From an uncultured Clostridia bacterium (GTDB lineage Bacteria > Bacillota > Clostridia > TANB77 > CAG-508), in assembly GCA_934122125.1 (NCBI GenBank), contig CAKOVW010000001.1:1-63159 (forward strand): 63,159 nt of DNA, in the 5' to 3' direction. A model generated the notes under the pieces. It worked only from the letters and a program-made list of their open reading frames with translations, was not told the DNA's origin and made no database searches. Of this stretch, positions 19,308 through 28,714 are shown piece by piece. Position 1 is the first letter of the stretch. Every line of letters begins with the position of its first letter. Position numbers and translations under genes: made by a program.

Positions 19308-20748
19308 TTTAATCCAAAATGAATTAAAGAAAATATTTAAAAAGAAAAGTTTGTTAATCACATTATTAGTTACACTTGCTTTTATCATTCTTACCAATGT
19401 TATATATAAACTTGACTTTGGAAATTCGTACTATGATTACATAGAAGAAGAAATTAGTTTTTATGGTGAACAATTAAAAACTCTTGATCCCGAAAAAGAT
19501 AAAGATATGTATGCACAATATAAAACTGAATTAGAAGTATACCAGTTAGTAAAAAAATATGACGAGAAAAGTTGGCAAGCTAAGATAATACAATCAGAAA
19601 TGAGAAATTGTATTTCAAATATAAACTATTTTACATATCAGGAAAAGAGCGATAGTGGTTTAAAAATTGCAAAAGCAAAATATAATGAATATATAAAAAG
19701 GCTAGACACAGATGATTGGAGATATTTTGCTGAAGAGGAAGTAAAAGAAAAAAATACTGAAATAGATGAGCTAAAAGCAATGCAGGAAAAAACTACTAAT
19801 AAATTAGAAATAAAAGAGCTTCAAAACCAAATAAGAGGCTATGAAATAAGCAGACAAATAGCAACATGGAGATTAGAAAAAGACATTCCTTATGGAAATG
19901 ATTATAAAAACAATTGCTTAAACAGCTATATGGTAGCAATGGAAGACATTAGAAGTTATGATTTTGGAGAAACAGAAAAGAATTATAATTCTAAAAAACA
20001 GTATTATAAAGCCCAAGAAACGGCAGCAATAAACAAATATGATATTGAAAATGGAACTACCGTGGGAGATACAAGTAGTGCAAAGGGAATATTACTAAGT
20101 ACATTTGACGAATATGAAATATTTTTAATAGTAATGTTTATGATGACAGCAGGGGTAATAGTAAGCGAAGAATTTAGTAAAGGTACAATAAAGTTACTTT
20201 TAATTAAACCATATAAAAGAAGTACAATTTTGGCATCTAAATTTATAACCAGCATAATTGTTGCTATTATAGTTATAATATTAGTTGCACTAATGCAATT
20301 TGTAGTAGGTGGATTAATACAAGGATTTGATAGTTTTAGAAATCCAACTATAATTTATGACCACACAATAAACAATGTAAAACAAATAAATACAATACAA
20401 TATTTAGCTATGCAAGCACTAGGAAAAGCACCAATGTATATTTTACTAATGACTCTTGCATTTGCATTTAGTACAATATTTACAAACTCAGCATTAGCAA
20501 TAACTATTTCATTATTAGGATATATGGGAAGTTCAGTTATCAATATGTTAGCATTGAACTTAAAACTAAATTGGATTAAATATTTTGTTACACCAAACTG
20601 GAATTTAACAGAATACTTCTGGGGCGGAATACCAACATTTGAAGGAATAACATTACCATTTTCAATTGCAATAATAGTGATATATATGGTAATAATGCTA
20701 GTACCAACATTTATAATATTCCAAAAGAGGAATATAAAAAATATATAA
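19300..20748 (+). CDS. ABC-2-type permease with a large (~240 aa) charged insert after TM1
   Basis: TTG start after AGGAGG, overlapping the ATPase stop by 8 nt. TM1 is followed by a coiled-coil-like region and then about 5 TM helices. Confidence 0.7.
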   Translation: MISLIQNELKKIFKKKSLLITLLVTLAFIILTNVIYKLDFGNSYYDYIEEEISFYGEQLKTLDPEKDKDMYAQYKTELEVYQLVKKYDEKSWQAKIIQSEMRNCISNINYFTYQEKSDSGLKIAKAKYNEYIKRLDTDDWRYFAEEEVKEKNTEIDELKAMQEKTTNKLEIKELQNQIRGYEISRQIATWRLEKDIPYGNDYKNNCLNSYMVAMEDIRSYDFGETEKNYNSKKQYYKAQETAAINKYDIENGTTVGDTSSAKGILLSTFDEYEIFLIVMFMMTAGVIVSEEFSKGTIKLLLIKPYKRSTILASKFITSIIVAIIVIILVALMQFVVGGLIQGFDSFRNPTIIYDHTINNVKQINTIQYLAMQALGKAPMYILLMTLAFAFSTIFTNSALAITISLLGYMGSSVINMLALNLKLNWIKYFVTPNWNLTEYFWGGIPTFEGITLPFSIAIIVIYMVIMLVPTFIIFQKRNIKNI

Positions 20749-20751
20749 AAT

Positions 20752-20778
20752 AAAAGATGTAGTTTTGCTACATCTTTT
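20752..20778. terminator. bidirectional intrinsic terminator
   Basis: AAAAGATGTAG, loop TTTTG, CTACATCTTTT, between convergent genes. Confidence 0.7.
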
Positions 20779-20783
20779 ATAAA

Positions 20784-22046
20784 TTATTTAATTTTTCTAG
20801 CTTCTAGGTAATATCTCTTATCATAGCTGTGTCCCATTGAGAATGTTTTACGAGGTAAAGCACCATCAAGAATTACAGTTTGGAAAAGGTCTGTTTTAGC
20901 CATAGGAGGTAGTAAGAAACCAATATTTCCAGGTTTGCTACCAAGTTCTTTAGTAACATCATCACCATGAATATAGTCAACTTTTCCGCCATGTTCTTTA
21001 ATATATGAGTCAATAAACATTTGTAAAGAACCAACAGCTAAATTAGACTTTGGATTTTTAATGTATAAAGTTTCATTTTTTCCTTCATAGACATATTCAA
21101 CTTTTTGTCCTTCACCAGGAGTTCTTGAAACATCATAATATTTTTCAAATTCTTCAATCATTTTTGCAGGTTCAACACCAAATACAACTCTGTGAATTGG
21201 TTCAAACTCTAGTGCATCACTATGTAAATTAACAACTTCTACTAAAGCATATCTTGCAGGGCTATTTTTTGCATCTTCTTCAGACATAGTTTTCTTTAAG
21301 TTTTCATAGCAAGCCTTTGCAGTTGCTAAAGAGTGGTTACCATCCCCAACAGAGAATAATAAAACACCTTTATCTTTAACATTATACTTAGCTTCAAAGT
21401 TATCTTTATCAGCAAGTTCTTCTAAGCCTTTGAATATTCCATCCATTAAGTTTTCTGGAACTTTATAACCTTTAACATGTCCGCCATTTTGCATTAAATC
21501 GAAATCATAAACAACATCTTTACTAGTTACTTTATCTGTTAAACCTTCAATAATTTCTTTTTTATCATCATCAATTAAAAGCATAACATGAGGTAATTCC
21601 AAACTAGCATTTTCTCTAACTCTAACTCTAGGTGGAATTCTTTCCAAAACAGTTCCTTCAGTTGCTCTAATTAAAGATTGAGAACCTTTTTCATAAGAAT
21701 AATCTTCTAAGTCTATCATACCAATAAGGCCTTTTCTTACTTTTCCATCTGCTCCAGTTCTTTCTAGGTAAATTAAAGAATTGTCTAGAGTTTTGAAAAA
21801 GTCAGTAGAAAGTAAATGATCCATTTCTTTATTTATGTTTTCAATTCTTTCAGCAACATTGTCTTTCTCTAAATAGATTTCTGGTAAAGTAATTTTTAAT
21901 GTTGATGGAGCATCTCCAACAATATTTTCAACTTCTTTCCAGTATTCAGGCTCTGATGTATATTGATCACAAGCTACAACAGCCCACTTTTCCATCTCTG
22001 CATTTTTTGGCAATAAGATATTTGCTCTTTTAAATGGTATATTCAT
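20784..22046 (-). CDS. DUF1015-family protein
   Basis: 420 aa. The N-terminal pattern F....ILLP......KWAVVACDQYTSEPEYW matches my recollection of DUF1015. Confidence 0.75.
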   Translation of the reverse strand: MNIPFKRANILLPKNAEMEKWAVVACDQYTSEPEYWKEVENIVGDAPSTLKITLPEIYLEKDNVAERIENINKEMDHLLSTDFFKTLDNSLIYLERTGADGKVRKGLIGMIDLEDYSYEKGSQSLIRATEGTVLERIPPRVRVRENASLELPHVMLLIDDDKKEIIEGLTDKVTSKDVVYDFDLMQNGGHVKGYKVPENLMDGIFKGLEELADKDNFEAKYNVKDKGVLLFSVGDGNHSLATAKACYENLKKTMSEEDAKNSPARYALVEVVNLHSDALEFEPIHRVVFGVEPAKMIEEFEKYYDVSRTPGEGQKVEYVYEGKNETLYIKNPKSNLAVGSLQMFIDSYIKEHGGKVDYIHGDDVTKELGSKPGNIGFLLPPMAKTDLFQTVILDGALPRKTFSMGHSYDKRYYLEARKIK

Positions 22047-22240
22047 ACTTAAACCCTCCTAACAAAGTTTTATTATGCTCAAATTATATCACTATGGAAA
22101 AATTTATACAAGCATAAGGCACAATTTTACAAAAATCGACATAAAATATCATAAACCCATATGCATAGACAGTGTTAAGTAGTCTATGAAAAATTGTAGC
22201 GGAGCACAGGGTGCTCCACAGATACGAAGGGAAGAATGAT

Positions 22241-23065
22241 ATGAAAAAAATAAAAAAAGGAGATATAGTAGGAAGATTATCCTATGGAAAAGATATTTAT
22301 TTTATAGTTGAAAGAATAATAAAAACTAGAAATGGCGACATAGCAATACTTAAAGGTTTAACAGTTAGAATTCAAGCAGATAGTGATTTAAACGATTTAG
22401 AGCTAATAGAAACTAATCAAGTTGAAAAGCACCTAAGGGCAATGGAAGAAACAGTTGAAAAAAGAATAAAAACTAGAGAAAAATTATTAAAAAATAATGA
22501 AGATGTAAGAGAAAAAACAATAATTCATACTGGGAGAATTTTGCATATAGATGGAGATAAAAAGTATAGTGAAAAATCAAACATATATTATAAAAAAGTA
22601 GGGTTAAATGCTATAGTAAAAAACATTCCAGAAAGAAAACAGCCCTTATTTGTAGGAGCTTTAGTAAAAAAGTATAAACCTGAAATTTTAGTTGTAACAG
22701 GGCATGATGGAATGATAAAAAAAGGAAAAAACTTTACAGATATATATAATTACAGGAATTCAGGATACTTTATAAAAGCTGTAGAAGAAGCTAGAAGAAA
22801 TAACACAAGAGATGATTTAGTTATTTTTGCCGGTGCATGCCAAAGTTACTATGAAGGGATAATGGCGGCAGGTGCAAACTTTGCATCATCACCAGCACGT
22901 ATTTTAATTGATTTTATGGACCCTATAATTGTAGCAGAAAAAATTGCTATTACAGATGAAAAAAAATTTGTAACAATAAGAGATATTGAAAGTGAACTGC
23001 GCGATGGACAAAGAGGAGTAAATGGAACAGGCGGAAATGGAAAGAAGAAGCTATTAACTATATAA
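22241..23065 (+). CDS. yabG: sporulation-specific protease YabG
   Basis: VVTGHDG and FAGACQSYYE motifs, with the yabG-veg gene order as in Bacilli and Clostridia. The start is the ATG at 22241 (MKKIKKGDIV). Confidence 0.85.
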   Translation: MKKIKKGDIVGRLSYGKDIYFIVERIIKTRNGDIAILKGLTVRIQADSDLNDLELIETNQVEKHLRAMEETVEKRIKTREKLLKNNEDVREKTIIHTGRILHIDGDKKYSEKSNIYYKKVGLNAIVKNIPERKQPLFVGALVKKYKPEILVVTGHDGMIKKGKNFTDIYNYRNSGYFIKAVEEARRNNTRDDLVIFAGACQSYYEGIMAAGANFASSPARILIDFMDPIIVAEKIAITDEKKFVTIRDIESELRDGQRGVNGTGGNGKKKLLTI

Positions 23066-23104
23066 AATTTTAAAGTAATATACAACACGGCTTGGTAACT
23101 AAAA

Positions 23105-23137
23105 TGTAATATAATTGTAATATAAATGTAATGTAAA
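23105..23137 (+). repeat. three tandem 11-bp repeats
   Basis: TGTAATATAAT, TGTAATATAAA and TGTAATGTAAA, back-to-back, 56 bp upstream of the veg -35 element. Confidence 0.85.
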
Positions 23138-23192
23138 ACATATAAATGCTGAAAAGACTAGATTAAATAGCAAGAATACGAACAAATCTTCT

Positions 23193-23221
23193 TTGACAAA
23201 ATCGACTAAAAATGATAAGAT
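23193..23221 (+). promoter_or_regulatory. sigma-A promoter for veg
   Basis: TTGACA (23193-23198), 17-nt spacer, TAAGAT (23216-23221). Confidence 0.5.
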
Positions 23222-23250
23222 TTGCCTATCTTAATAAAGTAGGTGATGAT

Positions 23251-23547
23251 ATGATTTGTCCAAATGATATTACTAATTTAAAGACAGACATTAATGAAAT
23301 GATAGGACAAAAGATAATGGTCAAAGGATCACTTGGAAGATGTAAAACCTTTGAAAAAGAAGCTACAATAGAAAAAGCCTATCCAAATATTTTTGTTATA
23401 AAATATGAAGAGGAAAATAGAAATGTTACTTATAGTTATACAGATATTTTAACAAGAACTGTTGAAGTAGATGTATTTGATGGAAATGGATATAGTCCAT
23501 TACTTCCACCAGTAACAGATATGAAAAAGCAGAAAAATTTAGCATAA
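23251..23547 (+). CDS. veg: Veg protein (biofilm/sporulation-associated small protein)
   Basis: G.R.T.....I...YP.IFVI......N....YSYTDILT.TVE matches B. subtilis Veg. The start is the ATG at 23251 after AGGTGATG. Confidence 0.85.
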   Translation: MICPNDITNLKTDINEMIGQKIMVKGSLGRCKTFEKEATIEKAYPNIFVIKYEEENRNVTYSYTDILTRTVEVDVFDGNGYSPLLPPVTDMKKQKNLA

Positions 23548-23562
23548 TAATATGAAATGATA

Positions 23563-23590
23563 AAAAAATTCCTAATTTTAGGAATTTTTT
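23563..23590 (+). terminator. intrinsic terminator after veg
   Basis: TTCCTA, loop ATTT, TAGGAA, then TTTTTTT. Confidence 0.65.
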
Positions 23591-23640
23591 TTATGCCTTG
23601 TCAATATATATTAGTAAAAACGAATAGGAGGGATTTTAAG

Positions 23641-25173
23641 ATGGCGGTTGAAACAGCAAAAGATAGTCTAATTTTAAATCAAATTATTGAACAAAAAAGA
23701 GATACCTTTATGGTAGAAGAAGATTGTATTGTTCCTGACGTAAAGCCAGACATATTAAATATTATTAGTAATAGTGGAATAGTTTGTATTTATAAAAAAG
23801 AAATTATGGATGGAAAAATTAGACTAGATGGCTGTGTTAATACATACATTATGTATTTAGCAGATACAGAAGAAAATCAAGTAAGAAGCCTAAATGCTAA
23901 TATAGATTTTACACAAGTAATAGATATGGATAAAGTAAAAAGTGATATGAGTTTAGATGCAAATGTTAATCTAAAGGGATTAGAGGCTCATGTATTAAAC
24001 GGAAGAAAAATACATATGAAAGCTATTTTGGAAGTTGATGCAAAAGTATCTTCAAATCAAACCGTTGAGTATGTAAAAGAAATAAATAACATAAACGATG
24101 TTCAATGCTTAAATAAAGAATTTCAAATAAATTCTTTAGTAGGAAGTGGAAATACAAAAGTATATGCAAAAGATACAATAAATATTGATGAAGCTGATAA
24201 CTTAGTAGAGGTAATGAAAACTGATTTGAAGATAACAAATCGCGATACTAAAATAAGCTATAACAAGGTTTTAATTAAATCTGATTTACAAGTAAAGATA
24301 ATATACCTAACAGAAGACAATCGTATAAATATGAAAGAAGCAACTATACCAGTTGTAGGATTTATAGATTTACCAAACATTAGTGAGGACCACAATTGCA
24401 ATGTAAAATATGAAATAAAAAATATTGTTATAAAGCCAAACAATGTAGAAGACCATTCAATATATGTAGAAGCAGAAATAGAGGTATATTGTGAGGCATA
24501 TGAGAACAGAAGCGTACAAATGATACAAGACTTATATAGTCCAACTAAGAATTTACAATTTAATCAAAAAAATGTAAAAGTAATGCAAAATCAAGATATG
24601 AAAAAACAAGTATGCAATATTAGAGAAAAGCAAGTAATACCAGAAATTGGCTCAAGAAAAATATATGATGTAGAAGTGCTTCCTGTTATTGAGGAGCAAA
24701 CCATATTAAATGATAGAATAATATATGATGGGGACTTAAAATTAAACTTCATATTTGCTGGAACTGGAAATGTGGGGATTGAAACAAAGGAAGTAAGTGT
24801 GCCATTTAGCTTTACAATGGAGTTTGACGGCGTAAATTCTGGAAGCAACATAGACACAGTAATAGAAATAGATGCACAAAACTTTATAGTAATGCCAGAT
24901 GAAAGTATAGATATTAAAGTTGATTTAGGTTTTACAGCTATTAGTGGAAAAGACAGCAGTATTTCTATTATAGATGAAGTTACAGAAGCGGAAAGCAGAG
25001 CAACTTGTCAATATAGTATGATAATATATTTTGTAAAACCAGGTGATTCTTTATGGAGTATTGCTAAAAAATTTGGAAGCACAGTAGAAGATATTAGTAG
25101 GGTAAATGGAATAGAAAACCCAGATAATCTTCAAGTGGGAAAACAGTTATATATTCCTAGATACCATGGATGA
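23641..25173 (+). CDS. DUF3794 (SPOCS) repeat protein with C-terminal LysM domain
   Basis: C-terminal LysM (YFVKPGDSLWSIAKKFGSTVEDISRVNGI..LQVGKQLYIP) and an N-terminal SPOCS-like repeat architecture. The start is the ATG at 23641 after AGGAGGG. Confidence 0.7.
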   Translation: MAVETAKDSLILNQIIEQKRDTFMVEEDCIVPDVKPDILNIISNSGIVCIYKKEIMDGKIRLDGCVNTYIMYLADTEENQVRSLNANIDFTQVIDMDKVKSDMSLDANVNLKGLEAHVLNGRKIHMKAILEVDAKVSSNQTVEYVKEINNINDVQCLNKEFQINSLVGSGNTKVYAKDTINIDEADNLVEVMKTDLKITNRDTKISYNKVLIKSDLQVKIIYLTEDNRINMKEATIPVVGFIDLPNISEDHNCNVKYEIKNIVIKPNNVEDHSIYVEAEIEVYCEAYENRSVQMIQDLYSPTKNLQFNQKNVKVMQNQDMKKQVCNIREKQVIPEIGSRKIYDVEVLPVIEEQTILNDRIIYDGDLKLNFIFAGTGNVGIETKEVSVPFSFTMEFDGVNSGSNIDTVIEIDAQNFIVMPDESIDIKVDLGFTAISGKDSSISIIDEVTEAESRATCQYSMIIYFVKPGDSLWSIAKKFGSTVEDISRVNGIENPDNLQVGKQLYIPRYHG

Positions 25174-25882
25174 TAAAATATATTCAAGAAATAGGTTTAG
25201 ATTTCCAAAGATAATAATACAAAATAATAAAAATCCTAAGAAAAATACATCAAAGCTACTAAAGATAACAGCTATATTAGTAATAGCAATTAGTGTAGCA
25301 GGATTTAGTTTAAAAGGAATACAACCAATAATAGAGAAAAACTGTAAAAGTATAGCTAAATCTGTTGCAACTAAAGTATCTAATATAAAGGCAACAGAGG
25401 TAATGGAAAAATATGAATATGACGATATTTTAGAAATAAGTAAAGACGAAAATGGAAACATAAATAGGGTAGGCACTAATGTTTTTACAATAAACAAGAT
25501 AATATCTGATATTCCAGTATATATACAAGAAGAATTGGAAAGAGAAGAAAATAGCAATTTTAAAATTCCATTAGGCAGTTTTTTAGGAAGTAAATTATTT
25601 TCAGGAATGGGGCCAAAAGTAAATGTAAAAATACAAATGGTTGGAGATTTAGATACAGACTTGAGGTCAGAATTTACTTCGGCTGGAATAAACCAAACCT
25701 TGCATAGAATTTATTTGGAAATAAAGTGTAGGGTAATAATATTAACACCATTTGAAACAATGGAAGAAGAAATAGCAAATCAGGTGCTTATAGCAGAGGG
25801 GGTAATAGTAGGGGATATACCAAATGCTTATTATAATTTAGATGGAATAACCAAAGACAATGCAATAGATATAATAGAATAA
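25166..25882 (+). CDS. yunB: sporulation protein YunB
   Basis: N-terminal TM helix followed by IPLGSFLGS.LFSG.GP.V.V and AGINQTLHRIYLEI, typical of YunB. It overlaps the upstream stop by 8 nt. Confidence 0.8.
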   Translation: MDDKIYSRNRFRFPKIIIQNNKNPKKNTSKLLKITAILVIAISVAGFSLKGIQPIIEKNCKSIAKSVATKVSNIKATEVMEKYEYDDILEISKDENGNINRVGTNVFTINKIISDIPVYIQEELEREENSNFKIPLGSFLGSKLFSGMGPKVNVKIQMVGDLDTDLRSEFTSAGINQTLHRIYLEIKCRVIILTPFETMEEEIANQVLIAEGVIVGDIPNAYYNLDGITKDNAIDIIE

Positions 25883-25888
25883 CATACA

Positions 25889-25918
25889 AAAAAGAAGTTG
25901 CATTTGCAACTTCTTTTT
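25889..25918. terminator. bidirectional intrinsic terminator
   Basis: GAAGTTGC, loop ATTT, GCAACTTC, flanked by A- and T-runs. Confidence 0.7.
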
Positions 25919-25923
25919 GAATA

Positions 25924-26328
25924 TTAACGTTTACTAAATTGTGGAGCTTTTCTAGCTTTTTTAAGACCGTATTTTTTTCTTTCTTTCATACGAGGATCTC
26001 TTGTTAAGAATCCTGCAGATTTTAAAGCTGGTCTATATTCACTATTAGCTTGATTTAATGCTCTTGCTATACCATGACGAATAGCTCCTGCTTGACCTGT
26101 AAATCCGCCACCAACTACTTTACAAATAACATCATATTTATCTAATGTGTTAGTTGCAACTAATGGTTGTTTTACTATAACTTTTAATACTTCTGTTCCA
26201 AAGTATTCATCTAAAGTTTTACCATTTACAGTAATGTTTCCTTTACCTTCTACTAATCTAACTCTAGCAATTGATTTTTTTCTTCTTCCTGTTCCTAAAA
26301 AAACAATATTATCAGATTTCTTAGCCAT
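25924..26328 (-). CDS. rpsI: 30S ribosomal protein S9
   Basis: GTGRRK.S.ARV...G.G and C-terminal RKAPQFSKR. Confidence 0.97.
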   Translation of the reverse strand: MAKKSDNIVFLGTGRRKKSIARVRLVEGKGNITVNGKTLDEYFGTEVLKVIVKQPLVATNTLDKYDVICKVVGGGFTGQAGAIRHGIARALNQANSEYRPALKSAGFLTRDPRMKERKKYGLKKARKAPQFSKR

Positions 26329-26329
26329 T

Positions 26330-26767
26330 TTATTTTACCTCCCAAACTTCAGGTTTTTGAGCGATATTTTCATGCTCGCTACCAGCATATACTCTTAATT
26401 TCTTAGCCATTTGTCTACCAAGTCTTGTATGAGGAAGCATACCTTCAACAGCATGAGTCATCATTCTCTCAGGATTATTTAATAATAAATCTCTAGCTTT
26501 AGTTTCTTTCATTCCACCGATATATCCTGAATGACTTCTATAAATTTTTTGGTCTAATTTTCTACCTGTTAAAACAACTTTATCACAGTTAATAATAATA
26601 ACGTGATCACCAACATCCATATGAGGTGTATAAGTTGGTTTATGTTTTCCTCTTAATAATTTAGCAGCTTCTGCAGCAACTCTACCTAATGGCTTATCAG
26701 CTGCATCAATAATATACCATTTGCTTTCAATTTCACTTTTTTTAATACTATATGTTGTATTATTCAT
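26330..26767 (-). CDS. rplM: 50S ribosomal protein L13
   Basis: KWYIIDA..K.LGR.A...A..LRGKHKP.YTPH motif. I chose the ATG at 26767 (MNNTTYS), which lies downstream of GGAGG. Confidence 0.93.
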   Translation of the reverse strand: MNNTTYSIKKSEIESKWYIIDAADKPLGRVAAEAAKLLRGKHKPTYTPHMDVGDHVIIINCDKVVLTGRKLDQKIYRSHSGYIGGMKETKARDLLLNNPERMMTHAVEGMLPHTRLGRQMAKKLRVYAGSEHENIAQKPEVWEVK

Positions 26768-26919
26768 GGTAATCATATCCTCCATTTCAAATTCAAATAT
26801 CTATATGAAATTACTTTCTTGGCTACCGGGGAGAAGCCTTAAAAATAATTACAATCATACACATGCTTAATTATTTTAATACAAAAATATAAAAAAGTCA
26901 AGCAAATAATAAAAAATAG

Positions 26920-26949
26920 TTGACAAATAAATAAAATATGTGTTATACT
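26920..26949 (+). promoter_or_regulatory. strong sigma-A promoter for the infC-rpmI-rplT operon
   Basis: TTGACA (26920-26925), 18-nt spacer, TGtTATACT extended -10 (26941-26949). Confidence 0.55.
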
Positions 26950-26954
26950 AATAA

Positions 26955-27071
26955 ACGTAAATTAAAGAAGCAATCCATGCTCACCTTAAGCAAATGGCAA
27001 AAAGGTAAATATTTTACTTAATTTATTAGGTATTTTTGTGTATGGATTGATTAGAAAATCAATCTTTTTTT
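26955..27071 (+). promoter_or_regulatory. L20-type ribosomal leader / transcription attenuator
   Basis: Terminator GATTGATT, loop AGAA, AATCAATC plus T7 (27045-27071), just before the infC RBS. An upstream CAATCCAT (26971-26978) can pair with ATGGATTG (27042-27049) as a competing antiterminator. Confidence 0.6.
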
Positions 27072-27117
27072 ATTGTATATGAAATTTTGCATATACAACA
27101 AGTTATGGAGGTGTTTT

Positions 27118-27636
27118 ATTATAAAACAAGATTTACCAATTAATGAACAAATTAGAGCAAGCAAAGTACAATTAATTGATGAAAATGGAGAAAAAAAGGG
27201 AGCAGTAAGTCTTAATGAAGCATTAGAAATGGCAGTTGAAAAGAAGTTAGACTTAGTTATGGTTTCTCCAAATCCAGAAATGCCAGTTTGTAAAATTATG
27301 AACTATGGCAAATACAAATTTGAGCAGTCTAAAAGGGAAAAGGAAGCTCGTAAGAAACAAAAAAGTTTTGAATTAAAAGAAATTCGTATTACACCTAATA
27401 TTGATACACATGATTTTGAATTCAAAGCTAAAAACGCAAGAAAATTTCTAGAAGATGGAAATAAAGTAAAAATCACTTTAAAATTTAGGGGAAGAGAAAT
27501 GAATTATCTTAAATTAGGAGAAGAAGTTCTTCAAAAATTTATAGATGACTTATCAGATATTTCAGTTCCAGAGAAAAAACCGCTTTTAGAAGGAAAAACA
27601 ATGTTTATTATATTGGCTAAAAAAGCTGATAAGTAA
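27118..27636 (+). CDS. infC: translation initiation factor IF-3, non-AUG start
   Basis: INEQIRA..V.LID..G and IF3 N- and C-domain motifs. GGAGGTG (27107-27113) is followed by in-frame ATT (27118) and ATA (27121). The upstream ATGs in the track lie inside the attenuator and have no RBS. Confidence 0.9.
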   Translation: MIKQDLPINEQIRASKVQLIDENGEKKGAVSLNEALEMAVEKKLDLVMVSPNPEMPVCKIMNYGKYKFEQSKREKEARKKQKSFELKEIRITPNIDTHDFEFKAKNARKFLEDGNKVKITLKFRGREMNYLKLGEEVLQKFIDDLSDISVPEKKPLLEGKTMFIILAKKADK

Positions 27637-27675
27637 TATATACAAAAAGCATTAAATTTAAAGGAGGAATAAATT

Positions 27676-27879
27676 ATGCCAAAACTAAAAACAAATAAAG
27701 CAGCTAAAAAGAGATATTCTTACACAGCTACTGGAAAAGTTAAAAGAACAAAGGCTAATAAAAGACATATTTTAGCTAGAAAAACAAGCAGAGCAAAATC
27801 TAGAGGAAAAGTACAAGATGCTTATGCAGATAAAACATGTGAAGCAGGAATTAAAAGAATGCTACCATATGGAAACTAA
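27676..27879 (+). CDS. rpmI: 50S ribosomal protein L35
   Basis: MPKLKTNKAAKKR... pattern in the conserved infC-rpmI-rplT order. Confidence 0.95.
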   Translation: MPKLKTNKAAKKRYSYTATGKVKRTKANKRHILARKTSRAKSRGKVQDAYADKTCEAGIKRMLPYGN

Positions 27880-27909
27880 AAATAGAAGAATAGAGGAAGG
27901 TGAATTAAA

Positions 27910-28266
27910 ATGGCAAGAGTAAAAACAGCAATAATTACTCGTAAAAAACATAAAAAAATATTAAAAAGAGCAAAAGGATATTATGGTGCAAAACATTATA
28001 GATTTAGAATGGCTAAACAAGCTATTATGAAATCTGGAAATTATGCTTATGCAGGAAGAAAAGACAAAAAGAGTAATTTTAGAAAATTATGGATAGCAAG
28101 AATTAATGCAGCAGCAAGAATGAATGGAACAACATATAGCAAATTAGTTGCAGGACTAAAAAAAGCAAATGTTGTTGTTAACAGAAAAATGTTAGCTGAA
28201 CTTGCAGTATCTGATCCAAAAGCATTTACTGAAATAGTAAAAGTAGCTGAAAAAGCAAGCAAATAA
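27910..28266 (+). CDS. rplT: 50S ribosomal protein L20
   Basis: MARVK......HKKILK.AKGYYG and FRKLWI.RINAA motifs. Confidence 0.95.
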   Translation: MARVKTAIITRKKHKKILKRAKGYYGAKHYRFRMAKQAIMKSGNYAYAGRKDKKSNFRKLWIARINAAARMNGTTYSKLVAGLKKANVVVNRKMLAELAVSDPKAFTEIVKVAEKASK

Positions 28267-28271
28267 ATATA

Positions 28272-28308
28272 AAAAATCTGTCAAAGTTAATACTTTGACA
28301 GATTTTTT
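28272..28308. terminator. bidirectional intrinsic terminator
   Basis: 14-bp stem AAATCTGTCAAAGT/ACTTTGACAGATTT with loop TAAT, then a T-run. Confidence 0.75.
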
Positions 28309-28310
28309 AG

Positions 28311-28697
28311 TTATTGTTTTTTGATTTTAGGCTTAGCAATAAGTGAAGCTAAATATCCAAAGAATACTGCAGCCGCAATTCCACCAGCAGAAGCCTTAAC
28401 TCCACCAGTAAAAGCACCTAGTAATCCAGCACTTTGCACTTCTTGAATAGCACCTTTAGCTAAGTTTGCACCAAATCCAGTTAATGGTACAGTTGCACCA
28501 GCACCAGCAAACTCTATTATATATTTATAAATTCCAAGTCCACCAAGTATTGCACCAACTGTAACATATATTACTAAAATTCTAGCAGGAGTCAATTTAG
28601 TTTTATCAATTAAAAGTTGACCTATTATACAAATAATTCCACCAACAACAAAACATTTTAATAAGCCCATCCAATCAATACTTTGTATAAAATCCAT
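28311..28697 (-). CDS. spoVAE: stage V sporulation protein AE
   Basis: Small polytopic protein third in a spoVAC-AD-AE order. The start is the ATG at 28697, 6 nt after GGAGGTG. Confidence 0.85.
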   Translation of the reverse strand: MDFIQSIDWMGLLKCFVVGGIICIIGQLLIDKTKLTPARILVIYVTVGAILGGLGIYKYIIEFAGAGATVPLTGFGANLAKGAIQEVQSAGLLGAFTGGVKASAGGIAAAVFFGYLASLIAKPKIKKQ

Positions 28698-28714
28698 ACA
28701 ATTCACCTCCAACC

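Noticed and set aside
22100-22240. Sigma-K (yabG), sigma-E (spoIIID, 18242-18330) and sigma-F/G (dodecin-spoVA upstream 30407-30500; spoIVB upstream) promoter candidates.
   Set aside because: I found partial matches only. For example, CATAAAATA at 22131-22139 lacks a correctly spaced AC, AATACAAT lies upstream of spoIIID, and GTATA-N15-GGGAAAAGATA lies upstream of the dodecin gene. In this AT-rich DNA such matches are expected by chance, so I do not call them.
26786-26900. A possible L13-type ribosomal leader upstream of rplM.
   Set aside because: Only a weak GGCT...AGCC hairpin is visible on the minus strand. I cannot recall the covariance model well enough to support a call.
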